DNA of 60,448 bases, counting the filler, from Dimargaris cristalligena (Eukaryota): the NCBI GenBank assembly GCA_003614675.1. It is 5 parts of 5 records of this genome, joined end to end, with 100 filler letters (N's around TTAATTAATTAA, not from the genome) between each part and the next. Parts side by side here need not be neighbours in the genome. Positions count along the whole stretch, not along the records: positions 24,273 to 36,268 come from ML003064.1; positions 36,369 to 48,362 come from ML003065.1; 3 more parts are not named here. One strand, written 5' to 3'. Positions 25,141 to 38,174 of this stretch are shown here, in pieces. Numbering within the stretch: the first letter of the stretch is position 1; each line of letters opens with the position of its first letter. The translations under genes and the position numbers were made by a program. Below the pieces are notes generated by a model. It was not told where the DNA came from and did not search any database. It saw only the letters and a list, made by a program, of their open reading frames with translations.

Positions 25141-28100
25141 GTCAAGGTAGGCAGATAAATACGAAGACTAACGGGGAATACAAAGGGACGACCCAATTAC
25201 TGTTATGGTTAAAGAGACCTCCGCACAATCAGCCCGGTCATGATAATGAGGGTGATATAATGTAATTGAATAATGATCGATCCCCAAAAATCCCATCTAT
25301 TCGATGTTTAACTGAGCGGACTTATGTAGGGCCGGGGTGTAAGGTGAAGATAAGTGAAGGAATAGGATAGGGTGGACGAGATCAGGCTAGAAATTCATCG
25401 ACCGATGGATGATAGACGAGAACCCCAAGGCCCAACAACAACAGCTGGTTGAAGGCAAAGTAATCAACCTGCAAAAAAAGTGAACCGTGTGATGAAATAC
25501 TGGGAATAATAGAGGGCCACAGCTACCACAATGCCAGTGATTGTCGAGATGGCCTAAGGGTTATCTCTCTGCATTGTTGCAGAAGGGGTAGGGTAGGACC
25601 AATGCGATCGGCCACCAGTTCTCCTTTCTTACATCTAACTCTCTCCCCCTTTCTTCTCTCCTAGTCTTTGCACTATTACTTTTCGAGGAGGGGAGGGGAA
25701 GCAATTATCGTCGTTGCCAGTAACACTCCCTAATAATCGACTATTTGATGCTCCACTCCTTGTTGATAAGAAGACAATCCACTTTAATCATTATGAACTG
25801 CTAACTATATCCAATCTCCTGCCATTTGATTACTATTGGGTTGGAAGGTTAAGCGATCCCTACTTTTCTTTGCTTTCACCCGCTCGCGTCAATATTTACC
25901 CAGCCCCGAATTCACGTGGGTAGTAGTAGTAGTTGCAGCAGCAATGCGATAGTGGTGGTGAGGTATTAGATCTCCCCACAATGCAGTACACCGACCGCAC
26001 CCTTTCCTTTGAACAGAAGACCAGTAGCATATCACAACCGCGCGACCCGTGCCAATTACATATATAGCGGAGGTCAAGTTAGACCCGACCCCTCCTATTG
26101 CCAATATGTACATTCCATATTATCTTACTGGCCTCGCGCCGGCTATTCGCTTAATCATTCGTCTGGAACAACGCGCATCCCTCCCCCTCCCATTAGCTGT
26201 ATAAGTTGGGATATCCTGAACAATGGCATGAATATCAATGGCAAAACTATGGATTGTAAACCATGTTCGCCCTCCCTTATTTCACTATTCCTATACCCCC
26301 CCTTCCATCATCCCACTCACTGAGAGCCATTCCTTCTCATTCGTTATTTCTCTTGATTGGTTGCGATTCGCACGATACTTTAAAGGATCCATCGTGAATC
26401 CAGAGTATTAGAATGTATATGATTGTTCTCGCCTTGACTTAAGGTTCGCTAACCACCATTCGCTACTATGAATAGACAATATCCACCCTATCTTTAACTA
26501 TTCGGCATCGTGACCTTCTCCCCCCCCCACCGCCGCATTTGAAATAAGGCCACTGACTGGATAGGCAGTTCCGTCTCTTGGGGAAGTGAAAGCCTGTACA
26601 TTATACACCCTTGGCCATCATATTTTTATTTCTGTGGGTTTACGTGTACCAACGTACTGGATACTGAAAGCGATCCTCCCCCGAATCGACCGAAGGATGC
26701 GTGAGTAATTGCCAAGCTCACCCCACTATATACTCCCCTACCAATGGTCAAGCCACTGCCGTAGTGTAGAGTGGTACACAGCCCCGTAGTAGCGAGTGGT
26801 TCAAGCATGCACCACTACTTTTTCCAGCCTCTGAATACAGTGCAATGGGCATGAACGCCAGTCGTATGGGTGTGGCCACTTTATATTTTCCCGACTGACG
26901 TAGACCATGCGGTTGTATAACTCCTCCTCGGAATTAATATCATCTTCCGCTATGCCCATCGTTAAGCTCATTTTAATATGCCGTATTTTAAATAAGTAGA
27001 TGCGCCAGTGTCCATCTCACTCCCATCTTCGATAACTATGAAGGATGGCCATGTCATTAAATGAAGCAACAATTAAGAATAACCCAGGTCAATCTTACCA
27101 GCCCCCCCCCCCCCCCCAAAAAAAGCGACAGATCCCGCTATTATGGTAAATCGTCTTTAATGACAGTACTCCCACACACTTAATAAAAGGGTGACTAAAC
27201 GGTGCATCGGCTCCTAAACTACCAGGGGACAACAAGTGGGGAGCGCTATACACTTATTTATTAGGAGTTGCGGCCAACGAACATTAATAAACGAAGTGGA
27301 AATGTACTTTTAGAGGGGAATAATGAATGGAAATCAACGGACTTCTCTCTCTCACTCTCACACACACTTTCATTTATAGATCATTTTTACCTCTCCCTTT
27401 CCCTCCCCTTATACAACTGAAGAAACTGTATGACCTCCCAGAAACCGCAGCATTACTTCTTCCCTTCGCTCTAAATCCTCGGGCCACCAAATCTCCGTCT
27501 AGTATTCTAGACATTTTTATACCACCTCCTCCCCTTTCCGCCCCTTCACTCCATGTGACCGGCTGCATCCGTCTTTGTTTAGTATGGGTTGCTCCGGTTC
27601 GACACACTGGTTTCCCTCAATCGCTTTGTCTTTTTATATTACGTTTAGAGAGTGACTTAAAACCTCTGTTTGGAACACCCTATTCCTATTATCCCCATTC
27701 ATTAAATCCCAATGTCGAGCTATGGCCCATTGTCCATGGGTGAGGAAAGAAGAGGAGGAGGGAGGAGAGGAGAAGAAGATGAGGGACTTTCCCGAATTGC
27801 GGTTTATCCGATTATCACCCCTTTGGGTGGATGGACCATTTAATGAATCAGGCTATTGGTTTCATCTCTTTCGCTAAAGGGGCTCTCTCACCCTCTCTCT
27901 TGCTCTTTCTTACCTAGAGATAAAAGTATGGGGCCACCCCAGTAGGGGAATTGCAGGGGAAAAGGTTAGGTGGGTGGTTTTCTCGCCTTACACGCATACC
28001 CCCAGCCAAGCTGGGCTAGCCCGTTTAACCCTAAGAGTTTCAAAACGGTCTTAGCCAAACGATACTCCTTATTCCAGAGCACCAATAATTAGGAAGGATC

Positions 28101-31100
28101 ACCAACGTGGTACTGGGTAAATCAATGCGAATGTACCAAAAAAATCCAACCCCTTGAAATGGCACTACCTACCACATTCTGCACATCTAATATACCACCC
28201 TTGAAGGGGAAATATAGAGGTGGAATATAATAAGGACTGTTTACCCAAAAAAATATAGATTACGCATGAGGGACACTCTCCGCGCTGGGGTGTGGCACAT
28301 ATCATCGTGTATGCAAGTTTAAGCTGCTATTTAATGAAAGGGAGAGGTCGTACGGACGGATATGGTCTAATGATTGCCTATTTGGCTAGTATTTGCGAAA
28401 TGAGACCCCGCCCCCTTCCTTTTACAGGCTATTAAAGTGGGTGCCAAGGAGGTGGGGGCGGGGGAGATGATGTGTGTGGTAAGTGGCAAAAAAATAATTC
28501 AATACGCTTTGCTAATGGAAAAATTGACTGAAGGGAGACGTCAGCCATAGAAAAACCAGCGAAAGCCTGGAGTGGTATTGGCCAAAACAGATGTATAGTG
28601 ATGTTAAGCTAAATTCCATCATCATCATTTACATCAAACTACAGAAAAATAGAAGCCGAATCGCCTGCGCCGTTAATTAGTTGGCCAAACTAAAAAGCGA
28701 AGGACTCCCCTAGCAATGCAAATGATATACCCACCCACCACCCTTCTCATTGGCAAATACGTACCACAAACAGACACACACACAACGCTCATACGGACGC
28801 ACATATATACACCCTTGGCGAAATCAGTGGATAAATACGCACCCGAAATCATCCTAAAATCAGTTAATTGATAACCACTTCATATTTCCACTTTAATATT
28901 ACATATAATCTACGTTCCCTGGCTTTGCTTTCGGTGTTGGTGAATGAGGCCGATGACCGGCTGTTTGGCCACGGCAATCGCTTGAACACGCGTGGTCCCT
29001 CCGCCCTCCCACACTATCTTTCCCGCTACAGTCACGAAACTAGGTCAGCTTCATTCGGATCATTTCTATTCGGCCATTCCGCGGTACGGCCCGCTCATTT
29101 ACTAGGATGGGGCTCTTCTATTTTCTACCCAACCGGGTTATTTGGAACCCTTTTCACTATTGTGAATGGATATAGGGGTGTATGAGTCTGGGTCTGTGAG
29201 TAAGTGAGGGTGAATGTAAAGTGGGAAAGGAATTATTATTCCCCAAACGTATACTTGTGAACCATCTTGCCTTCCGTAATGCCAAGTACCTAGACCACCT
29301 CGCGTATTATTTTTGCTCGTTTTCCGGCCCGGTTTTGCCCACTAACAATAGGGCGGGCATGAAGTTGGAGACCAAAGCTGGTAATGGCGTGGTTGACTAT
29401 TCTCCCTCCCCTTCAATTATCAACCGGCAGAATAGCGGGCGGTTCACCTCGGACCAAATTGGTATCCTGAATTACACCCTGCGATATAGTTCGATGGGCA
29501 ATCCCAGCCATTCCAGTTGTGGCCATCTTCCTGTGTCTTAGAGCAATGGTATCTCGCATACCCTCCTTGGGTATTGATCGACTTCATCTCCATTTCTCTC
29601 CTACTCTCACTCACTCTCACTCTCACTCTCTAGTCTGTCACACCTCGTCCCTTTTGTATACCTCCACTACTCTTACCCCTTTATTATACAAACTATGCAT
29701 GTAGGCAAACTATATCGCAGTCGGAGTTTACTGGTTTACTCACCCTTTGGGGAAGACCGGTCGGTTGATGTGCAGTGTAGGTCGTCAGAACATAATCATA
29801 ATCATTCCCATTAACTTGTGTTTCCTAGTGCATGTGCGTGTGATGAGCCGGAGAGAAAGAGAGAGAGAGAGAGAGACTGAGAGGGACGAGGGGCTAAATT
29901 CCCCCGCCTCCGCACCAGTTACATCTTTGGAAATAAATAGGGGCGAAATGATGGGTATTATAGCTCTTGTTTCAGACTATATTGCCGGTGTGCGCCTGTT
30001 TCTCTGTCTCTGTCTCTGTGTGTGTGAGTGAGTACATGGCTGCGTTACCATGGCGGATATCAATTCCATTGGCCTTCCATATAAATAACCAATGATTTGA
30101 TTGACGTGTGGTAAACATTGTCGAGTGATATGTGCACAATGAAGTGATTCCACCCAAGACTTCTATAGCGGGGATTATAGGGCATTTAAAGTGGCGCAGG
30201 GGGGGAGGGGGAGTATGTCATCAAGTACCGAGGGGACTGTACATTTCTCAAGTGTCATCTATCTTTTTACAAAAGGTATATATCATTAGGGCCACAGCCT
30301 ATTGCAGGTGTCATTGGCCTGTCCTAACAATAAATACATCATATGAGCAGAGGTACGTTGGAGATCAAGAATGGGTGAATGAGTGAGTGGGTGAGAAGTC
30401 AAAATGGTCTCTAGCGATGTATAAAATCTGGCAACCGGTGTGACGTTGATCACTTCGGCTCAACAATAATTGGGATTGCCGAGGGGCTTTTGTGTGTTAT
30501 ACTGGTGGGACTAGGGCCATAAGTGAGTTTCATTGCAGTATGCAGTAGTGGAAATGTCATTCGACTTATATGTAACCTATGGGCATTGTCAGATTCCAAA
30601 GTCCGCCTATAGGAGAGAGAGAGGCCTGTTCATCAGCGTCCGTATTTTTGTAAGTCATCCAGAGAAAACCATTTGGGTAATAGCAGCCAATCCGGAATTG
30701 TTTAAAAAAGCAAAAACCGTGTGATTCTCCCCCAATCCTTTGAAGTGTCATTTTGGTACGCAGGCGGATGGATGATTCTATCGAACCAATTGTACTCTAT
30801 GGAGCCGTTGGCGAGTGTTACCACCTCGTTGTGAATCAGCAGGGGTGTGGGGGTGGAGGGGGAGGGGTTTAGTGAACCTGAGCGTAAAGGAGCGATGCAT
30901 TATATAGACAAGTTTGCAGGTTCAATAAAGGGGAGTGAATGAGAGTAGGTAGGTGGTCATGAACAACCACCACCACACTCGATAGATGAAAGTCCCTAGT
31001 CCATTTGCCATATAACTTGAGAAATTCATTCCGGTACTATAACTCTGGAGTCGGGCCTATTTGGAATCAGGTTATTCAGACCACCAGCCGTCAAGTAATC

Positions 31101-33078
31101 TACGGGGGGGGGGTACGAGGAAAGGCGCTGCAAAATGTCGTACGTAGTCTCATTCGGCCCCCAACAAAAAATAATCCGGGAGGCTCGGTTTTCGCCGACC
31201 AGATATTGAACGGTAGATTAAAAATGGCCAAATTGGGCGGGGTTTCCCCTTCTATCCTTTCCCTGAATGCCCCCTCCCCTCCCCATCCTCTCCAATTCAG
31301 CCATTTGTAACACCACTCAAGGAACATTCTCACCAACCGCGAATTCTCCTGATTCATGACGGCTATCAGCGGGAATTACAGAGAATGAATCAGGCTGGAT
31401 TAGCCACGCAAACATAGCCTGATTGAGCAATCTAACAGTCATGAATAGCCTAAACAGCCAGAACAGTTGACCAGCATCGCGATCAATTCACCCATTGCAA
31501 AATGTGGTAGGTGCGTGTGTGTGGGTGAATGGGGGAGAAGGGTGCCCCGACACAACCTAAAACAAAACTACTCTTACAATTATATTTCCAATTCCAACGC
31601 CTTTTTTTATGATACTGATTCATCGTATGAGACTTTCATTTGAAACTCCCCCATCCATTAGCTCAATTGAGACGAGCCGGGTTGGGGAGGGTGGTGTCAG
31701 AAACGGATCGTTCAGGATATATAAAAATGTATAGGGGGAAATCATAAATCCTAATACTTCACTATCCCCTCAATACTTAATCCGGGAAATGGCGATCTAT
31801 TCACAGGGTCCATATGATGGACGCTATATATATAAATGGAATTTAGCCAATTGGGCCGTCGGGCTGTTTGAGGTATATGGATCGCTTTTCCAATTTCTCA
31901 CCCATTCGGGGTGGTTAATATTGGGGCAGGGGGAGGGAGGGAGGCGGAGGCGAAGATATTCCCAAAAAAAACATTATTGCTCGGGAAGGCTATGGCGGCG
32001 GCCTTTAAGTACACGCCGGGCGTCGTTTGCTGCGAGTAAGACAATGCAAGCGGGATTAGTTTAGCAGCCAGCGAAGGTGGAACTGTCGGTTGGACTTTCA
32101 TTCGGCGTAATACAGGGGTGGAAGGGATGTATTATCCAACATCCGTTTGCGTTACCCGGCTGACCTCTTATATTTGTCCGTGGCGCGAAAGACGTGGGTA
32201 TTTTAAAAAACACCACAAGTGGGGCAAGGGGTACGTGGAGACGATTAACTTGGCTATGCTACTTAAACTTAACGTGGCAGATGTTTTTTTTTCTTTTTCG
32301 TTGAACTTCCTAGACAAGAAGGGCATGTGGCAATAAAATGCACCTAATGTTGCTTCACAATGGAATAGTAAATGATATATTCTCACTCAATCCAATATAT
32401 TTCTAAATCGGAACCATAGCGCCAAGGCTATTTTTGGGCTTCTAGGGCGAATAGCCGATTAGGGTATTCATCAAGGTAGTCGTCATCTGTCGAACAAGCC
32501 CAAGATGGCGTTATCACCACTATCTTATTATCGATTAGACTATGTTGCAATTCTTGGGCGGTCATCTTTTTGCTACACCCCTCGAGCAGCTCCAACAATT
32601 CCCCGGGGTTAGAAAAATGCAGGTTATCGGCCAAGTTAGGCAACTTAGTCCAGTATTAAGACACAATAGTGGCCGGGGAAGAATAAAATACCATTCCCAC
32701 ATTAGTGGCGCTGATGATCTATCCATCACTGGCCTAGTATAATTTGCAGGCATCATGTGAACCCGCCAGCAATCTAAATAGTCCGCTTAGAATGGCCAAG
32801 ATTAATTTTCCAACGCCTTCCGGAAACGACTGCCCATACCATTAGTCCATTGCTATGTGATGCAGACGGTCATCGTTGGGTAAACAAAAAGGAATGTAAT
32901 TATCCTTATGGTCAAGCATAAAGTGAAATCCGAGTTATAGATAGATTCACCCTGTGTATTGAAGAGATATTATCCCCAATCTCCAATATATACTAATACA
33001 TAACAATCAAAGTCCTTGCGCGTGACCTGATGAAGGACAAGGCTATTTCCAAATAATAATAATAATTATTAGAACATA

Positions 33079-33216
33079 TGGGTGAACTTCAACCCAACTA
33101 TATAAGATTTTACATAATATGTGTATGGGATAATATGCGGGAAAATAACTTTTGACCAGTAGTATTTACCTCGTCAAATGGATTTTTCGTTATACAGCCT
33201 GGGTGAACTTCTGCCA
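33079..33216 (+). mobile_element. MITE family copy C (full length)
   Basis: CATA|TGGGTGAACTTCAACCC...TTATACAGCCTGGGTGAACTTCTGCCA, with imperfect ~27-bp terminal inverted repeats. Confidence 0.85.
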
Positions 33217-33689
33217 GATCGATTAAGGCCCATTTTCTGGGCTTAGAATGGCTTACATGGTGGTTTTTATTGGCCGTTTCTATATAAGCTGTCCCATACT
33301 CCACACAGAGTATTCCCAGATTACTAATTTTACCGGGGTTCCTATTCCGAGATGGCCTCTGGAGTACCATGTTGTAAATTACAACCGGAAGTTTAATATG
33401 TAGAAATATATGCGATGCCGCTCATTCAAGGATTCAGCCTGGAGTGAGTGCGTGAGTGGAATACAATGGTTACCCATATAAAAACCCCAAAAGGCTAATC
33501 ATATAAACATTGGATACACATAGTGGCTGACAGTGGTTCATTGTTCAGAAGCTCAGAGTTCCCCCCATGATAATAAATGGAAATGTACTGTTGTAGTGTA
33601 TAGGGTGATTTGTAATGCGCAGGTGTATTGCAAATCAATTACGGTACCGGATTTGGCGTAGCAGCCAGTTGAGGTCATTCGGCAAGCTG

Positions 33690-35568
33690 TTAAATCGCCG
33701 CCAACGACGACGGAGTCCAGTACTTAATTTTAAAATCGTCACTGGATAGTTCATAGAAGGCCAAGGTTAGAGAGATACGGGATATAGAAGGAGCAGTTAG
33801 TAGGATAATCCACCACTAGGAATGTGCTCAATCGCGTAGTGCCAGTTTGGCGATACGACACAATCGAATGGGCACGTCTTCTTGGGGGCCACAAAATGAC
33901 ACTATACACCAGTGTGATCCATATTGCCAAAGGCTATACGGATATCAGCGGCCATTTAAAGGGTGGTCATAATTACCTGCAGCTGATAATGCCGGGGTCA
34001 GTGGGGGACGCTGCGATCCAGTTGATGGGGCTATTGTGCGCTACATGAAGACAATGGCGACAAATACCGATCATTTCGAAGAATAATAATCGTAGAAGCA
34101 AATAATAGTATAGCATAGTATCAAGTGAATGGGGTGGATGATTAGTAATGGGATATCATGGCGTAGCTCTGGCCGACAGCTGATGAATAGGATAGCTTTG
34201 CCTAGAGAATCATTTTTTTTTCCAATTAAAAAAACCAATAAGTATGGGCGTAGTATCCAAAAGATAATACCACGAGTGCTTTGCTGTAGGGTCTCCGTTG
34301 ACGTACAACCATATCAACACAATTATATCTCCTATACACCACTTCAATCAAACAGGTCCACATTAGGTCGGTACGGGTTACGGCACTTACCTATCCACTT
34401 CTTGATGAAGCTCCCGTTTCGTGAGTCCCAGCACATGATGGAGTTTGTGCTTTCGTCGACGCTGATGACCATGGCTTCGTTGTGATTAAATATCGCAGGG
34501 GCGTTTCGCTTATTCCGCGTAGCCCCGTCGAACTGGTGGACGAGTCGTCCACTCGTCGTTTCCCAGAGCTTGATGGTGGAATCCCGGCCACTGGACAGAA
34601 TGTATTTCGAATTACGGGAAAACTGGGCACTGACCGCGCCCTGACCCCCGTGGACATTTTCCAACGTTCGGACACAGTTCCCAGCCACGGTATCCCACAG
34701 CTTAATGGTCCCGTCTTCGGACGCCGTCACCAACTGGCTGCCGTTTTCGGCATACCGGACCTGGCGGATCGTGGCCGTATGCTGTTCCTCGGGGATACGC
34801 GAGGCCGTATAACTTTGGAAGGTTTTGGTGTCGTGCAGGCGGAGGGAATGGGCGGACCGCGCGGTAGTGGCGATAAAATCCCCCGAGGGATGGAAACTGA
34901 GGGAGAGCACGGGGAGGGCATCGACATAATATTGGAAGGACCGCTTCGGATTGGGCTTCGTCAAGTCGAATAGCTTGATTTTACAATCACTTGAACTCGA
35001 GGCTAATACCAAACCATTAGGGTGAAAAGCAACGTCGTTGATCTGGTCTTCGTGGTCGTAGAGGGTTTTGATGACTGGTTTATCTTCAATGCTCTCAATC
35101 CGGGCGCCCATCTTGGATACATCAATCACCTTGATGGTTGTGTCGCCGGAGCCGGAGGCAGCGTACCGACCTACATATAGTCCGAATTAGTCATGATTAA
35201 TGATGTCGTACGTATGAGTGAAATGTATATATATATATATATATGTTAGTGACGATTCGGAATCATCAGTAGGATAGAAAACGATTAGGCAAATACATAC
35301 GGGATGGGTTTAATTGATTTTGGTAGGTAAGCAGAAAACCGAACCAGACTGTACACTATTAGTAAACCTAAAATTGCTATTCACATTAGTATGGCAGCGT
35401 AAAGAGCTATTGTCGTTCTACCGGGGACTAAATGCCGGAATACTTACCATCGCCACTAAAAGTTGCGGTGGTACACGTGCCCTTGTGGGTAGTGGAGTAC
35501 TGTAGGGCGTAATCGGTCGCCAGCGGCGCAGAGGCATCGGCGACCCCTTCGGTAGCAGGTTGGCTCAT
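33690..35568 (-). CDS. CSTF1: Cleavage stimulation factor 50 kDa subunit (CstF-50, WD40). Exons 35568-35448, 35170-34391, 34040-33977, 33741-33690
   Basis: The spliced product follows CstF-50 as I recall it throughout: 'YSTTHKG..TATFSGDGRYAASGS.DTTIKVID', 'PVIKTLYDH', 'KLFDLTKPNPKRSFQY', 'SFHPSGDFI', 'FSRNSKYILSSGRDS', 'AHN.PI.WIAASPTDPGIISCSDDFKIKYW'. Canonical splice sites. The start codon is tentative. Confidence 0.9.
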
Positions 35569-36268
35569 TTTGGTAAAGATGTGTGGATTCCGGATGGTCA
35601 GAGTAGAGGGGGGTGAACTACAATGTAAGGAATTAAGGGAAAAAAATACAGAGCCGAGCGGTGGAAATGAAGAAAACTGTTAAGTTCATAAAGTTGAATT
35701 CAAAATTCCCAAAATGAAGAACTTTAAGATTGGGTTAACGCGTTTCCGAAACATTTTCGCTTTCACTGGCTGAGTACCTGGTATATTCAATGTTGGCCCA
35801 CATTGATATAGACAGAGACCCACGTTAATGAACACCGACTTTCGCTATATCATTGTATGGTCCACCTAATGCTTACAGGCTGCAGAGCTTCAGTGGTAGA
35901 GATTAGTGGTGGAGGCGGTGGCGCAGAATTTACCCTTTCATCTTCATTGGGCTATCCAAGTTATAACAGAGTCGGTTCGTTAAACATCTCCTTGACCTAA
36001 GATGTATTAAAAAATATATATGTAGAACATTGAGAATGGGGGTTAATTCCGTGGATAGATCCCGGTTTAATTAGCTAGTTGTTAATAATATTTTGCCATA
36101 TCTCGATAATGTTGTGGTGTGGCAGAGTGACTATATAAACTAATAGGCGTGAATGCCTTATAATTGAAATCAAAGAGACAGTAAAGTTGAACCTTTAAAA
36201 TAACTAAGACAACTATAGGCAAAACTGCCGGTACAGTTCATAAGAATGAAAAAAGAGATGTTATATTA

Positions 36269-36368
36269 NNNNNNNNNNNNNNNNNNNNNNNNNNNNNNNN
36301 NNNNNNNNNNNNTTAATTAATTAANNNNNNNNNNNNNNNNNNNNNNNNNNNNNNNNNNNNNNNNNNNN
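36269..36368. other. Artificial contig-join linker
   Basis: Ns + TTAATTAATTAA + Ns, 100 nt. Confidence 0.97.
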
Positions 36369-36615
36369 GAGTTTAGTTCTTTAGTCTTTTAAACATCTGC
36401 CAATTTATAATCCCCGAGTTTTAGTATAAATACTCGGTGGAATATCTTATCAATAAACACAACTTTTTAGTCGAGGCTGAAGAATTCACCAGATAGCACT
36501 TCTGCGGAAGTTTGAGTTTGTTTTAGTTATTTTTGAGTACCTGAGGGTATTATTTCTATTATATTTATATTTTATTACTATTTATATTGCCCAACATCGT
36601 AACATTAATAGGAAA

Positions 36616-36687
36616 TCTTCAATAGTATAGTGGTAAGTATCTCCGCCTGTCACGCGGAAGACCAGGGTTCAATTCCCTGTTGGGGAG
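36616..36687 (+). tRNA. tRNA-Asp (GTC), intronless
   Basis: Cloverleaf: acceptor TCTTCAA/TTGGGGA, D-arm TAGTATAGTGGTAAGTAT, anticodon arm TCCGC-CT[GTC]AC-GCGGA, T-arm CAGGG-TTCAATT-CCCTG. T-run Pol III terminator immediately downstream. Confidence 0.93.
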
Positions 36688-36939
36688 CTCTATTTTTTTG
36701 ATCCAGTTATGATCACTCAAATTTTTAACTAACCCCATGGTATTTTGAACTAGACCCATATTTTTTGACAGCTCAGATCTCATTAAAGGACTTGGGCCAT
36801 TGTCATTCAGCTTCATTGAAATGATATCATAGTAAAACAGGACTCTTCTGAATGCTTTATACCAAATTATATTACTTTTTGTTATTCAATCAATCCAGTA
36901 CCCAATTACATCTTTTCTGTTGAAAATTCATTTCCCCCA

Positions 36940-37400
36940 TCCCACTGATTCCACCTCTCTGATTGGCCTATCCTATACTTGGGACTTTATCCTAATAATT
37001 ATTCCTGCTAGTTCTAACTTAATAAAACCAACTGTGGGTATCTAGCTTTGCCCCTTGCAGTTCTTTATCTCTTCTTCAAATTAGTTTATAGTTGTATCTA
37101 AAGGCACTTGCATTTACTATTGAATTTATCATTCCTACATTTTCTTCCAAATAATGGTAGATTTATAATCTACATGTATTGTGTGTTAAGTGTGATTAAT
37201 AACAAGGTGTCCATAAGTATTCCTGAGCTAGATAATATTTGATAGCCTAAACCTGCTGGAGTGTTTCATCTGTATTTCAATTAATGTAGTTCAAACTAGT
37301 TAAACTATTAGACGTTTTTTATATTTATTTCTTCAATTTACTCTATGAATAAATTGCCTTGGTCTTTACCATAAATAAGGCATCATCTAGAGAAACAGTC
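36940..37400 (-). mobile_element. Highly degenerate Ty3/gypsy-like pol (integrase) remnant
   Basis: Minus-strand fragments with stops and frameshifts: 'GHLVINHT...IWKKM...(K)CKC' (H2C2 zinc-binding-like), 'GQSERWNQ' (integrase core 'GQ.ER.NQ'-like) and 'VSLDDALF'. The region is CpG-poor. Confidence 0.3.
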
Positions 37401-37467
37401 CAATCTCTTCTATCTCACCTAATACTACTAATGAATATACCACTGGAAATGGTATCAAGTTTCTATA

Positions 37468-37604
37468 TGGGTGGGATTTGGCCCAGCTGTATAGGGTTAT
37501 CAATGATATATATATGGAAAAATATATAGGATATTATTTTTAACCAGTAATATTTGCTCCATCTAATGAATTTTTTGTTATGTAGCTCAGTTGAACCTCT
37601 CCCA
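37468..37604 (+). mobile_element. MITE family copy D (diverged, full length)
   Basis: TA|TGGGTGGGATTTGGCCCAGCTGTATAG...TTATGTAGCTCAGTTGAACCTCTCCCA|TA. Confidence 0.75.
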
Positions 37605-38080
37605 TATTCTTTAGTTACTAGATTCTCTGACCTAAGGAATTGTGTTTAGTTCAACTTAGAGAATCCCATTACTTCTATCAAAAATTGCACAGTTAATTCA
37701 TTTGTGCAAGATACTATCATTAGTTAAGGTAAGGGTTTTTTTTTTCTCTTGATCCCTAATAGTACAGGTTTCTAGTGATCAGTATGATATCACTTTAGAA
37801 CAGCTAATAGTTCTCATAATGGTTCAGATTCCACCTAAATATTAAGTTATCAGTAACTAAAATCAGATACACGAGTACAGATACTGGCTGTAAAGCACGG
37901 CACCTAGGTGAGAGTACAGCCCATCCATTTTAGGATTATAGTATAGCAATGTAAAATCAGAATGACTATGCCATGGTACTATATCTATAAACCCCCAAAT
38001 TTCTCTGTATGGCTATTTCCCAATAGATTTGAGTTAGGGAATAGTGACATGATCTACAGCCATAACAGTGTGCATATCAC

Positions 38081-38174
38081 TGCAGATATTACTGGTTGAA
38101 AATGAATTACACACCTATTTTCGTATACACATAATTTAAACCCTTCTACAGCTGAGCCAAATTTCATTCATATA
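38081..38174 (-). mobile_element. MITE family copy E (diverged, partial, reverse orientation)
   Basis: The reverse complement reads atatatgaatgaaatttggctcagctgtagaagggttt...ttttcaaccagtaatatctgc, which aligns to the 5' two-thirds of copy D. Confidence 0.6.

Noticed and set aside
25005..25196. ORF containing 'SQVKS' repeats
   Set aside because: Translation of the (GACTT)n microsatellite; also not a CRISPR array, since there are no spacers.
32428..32756. Short minus-strand ORFs with protein-like composition
   Set aside because: No recognisable motif and no convincing splice or start context.
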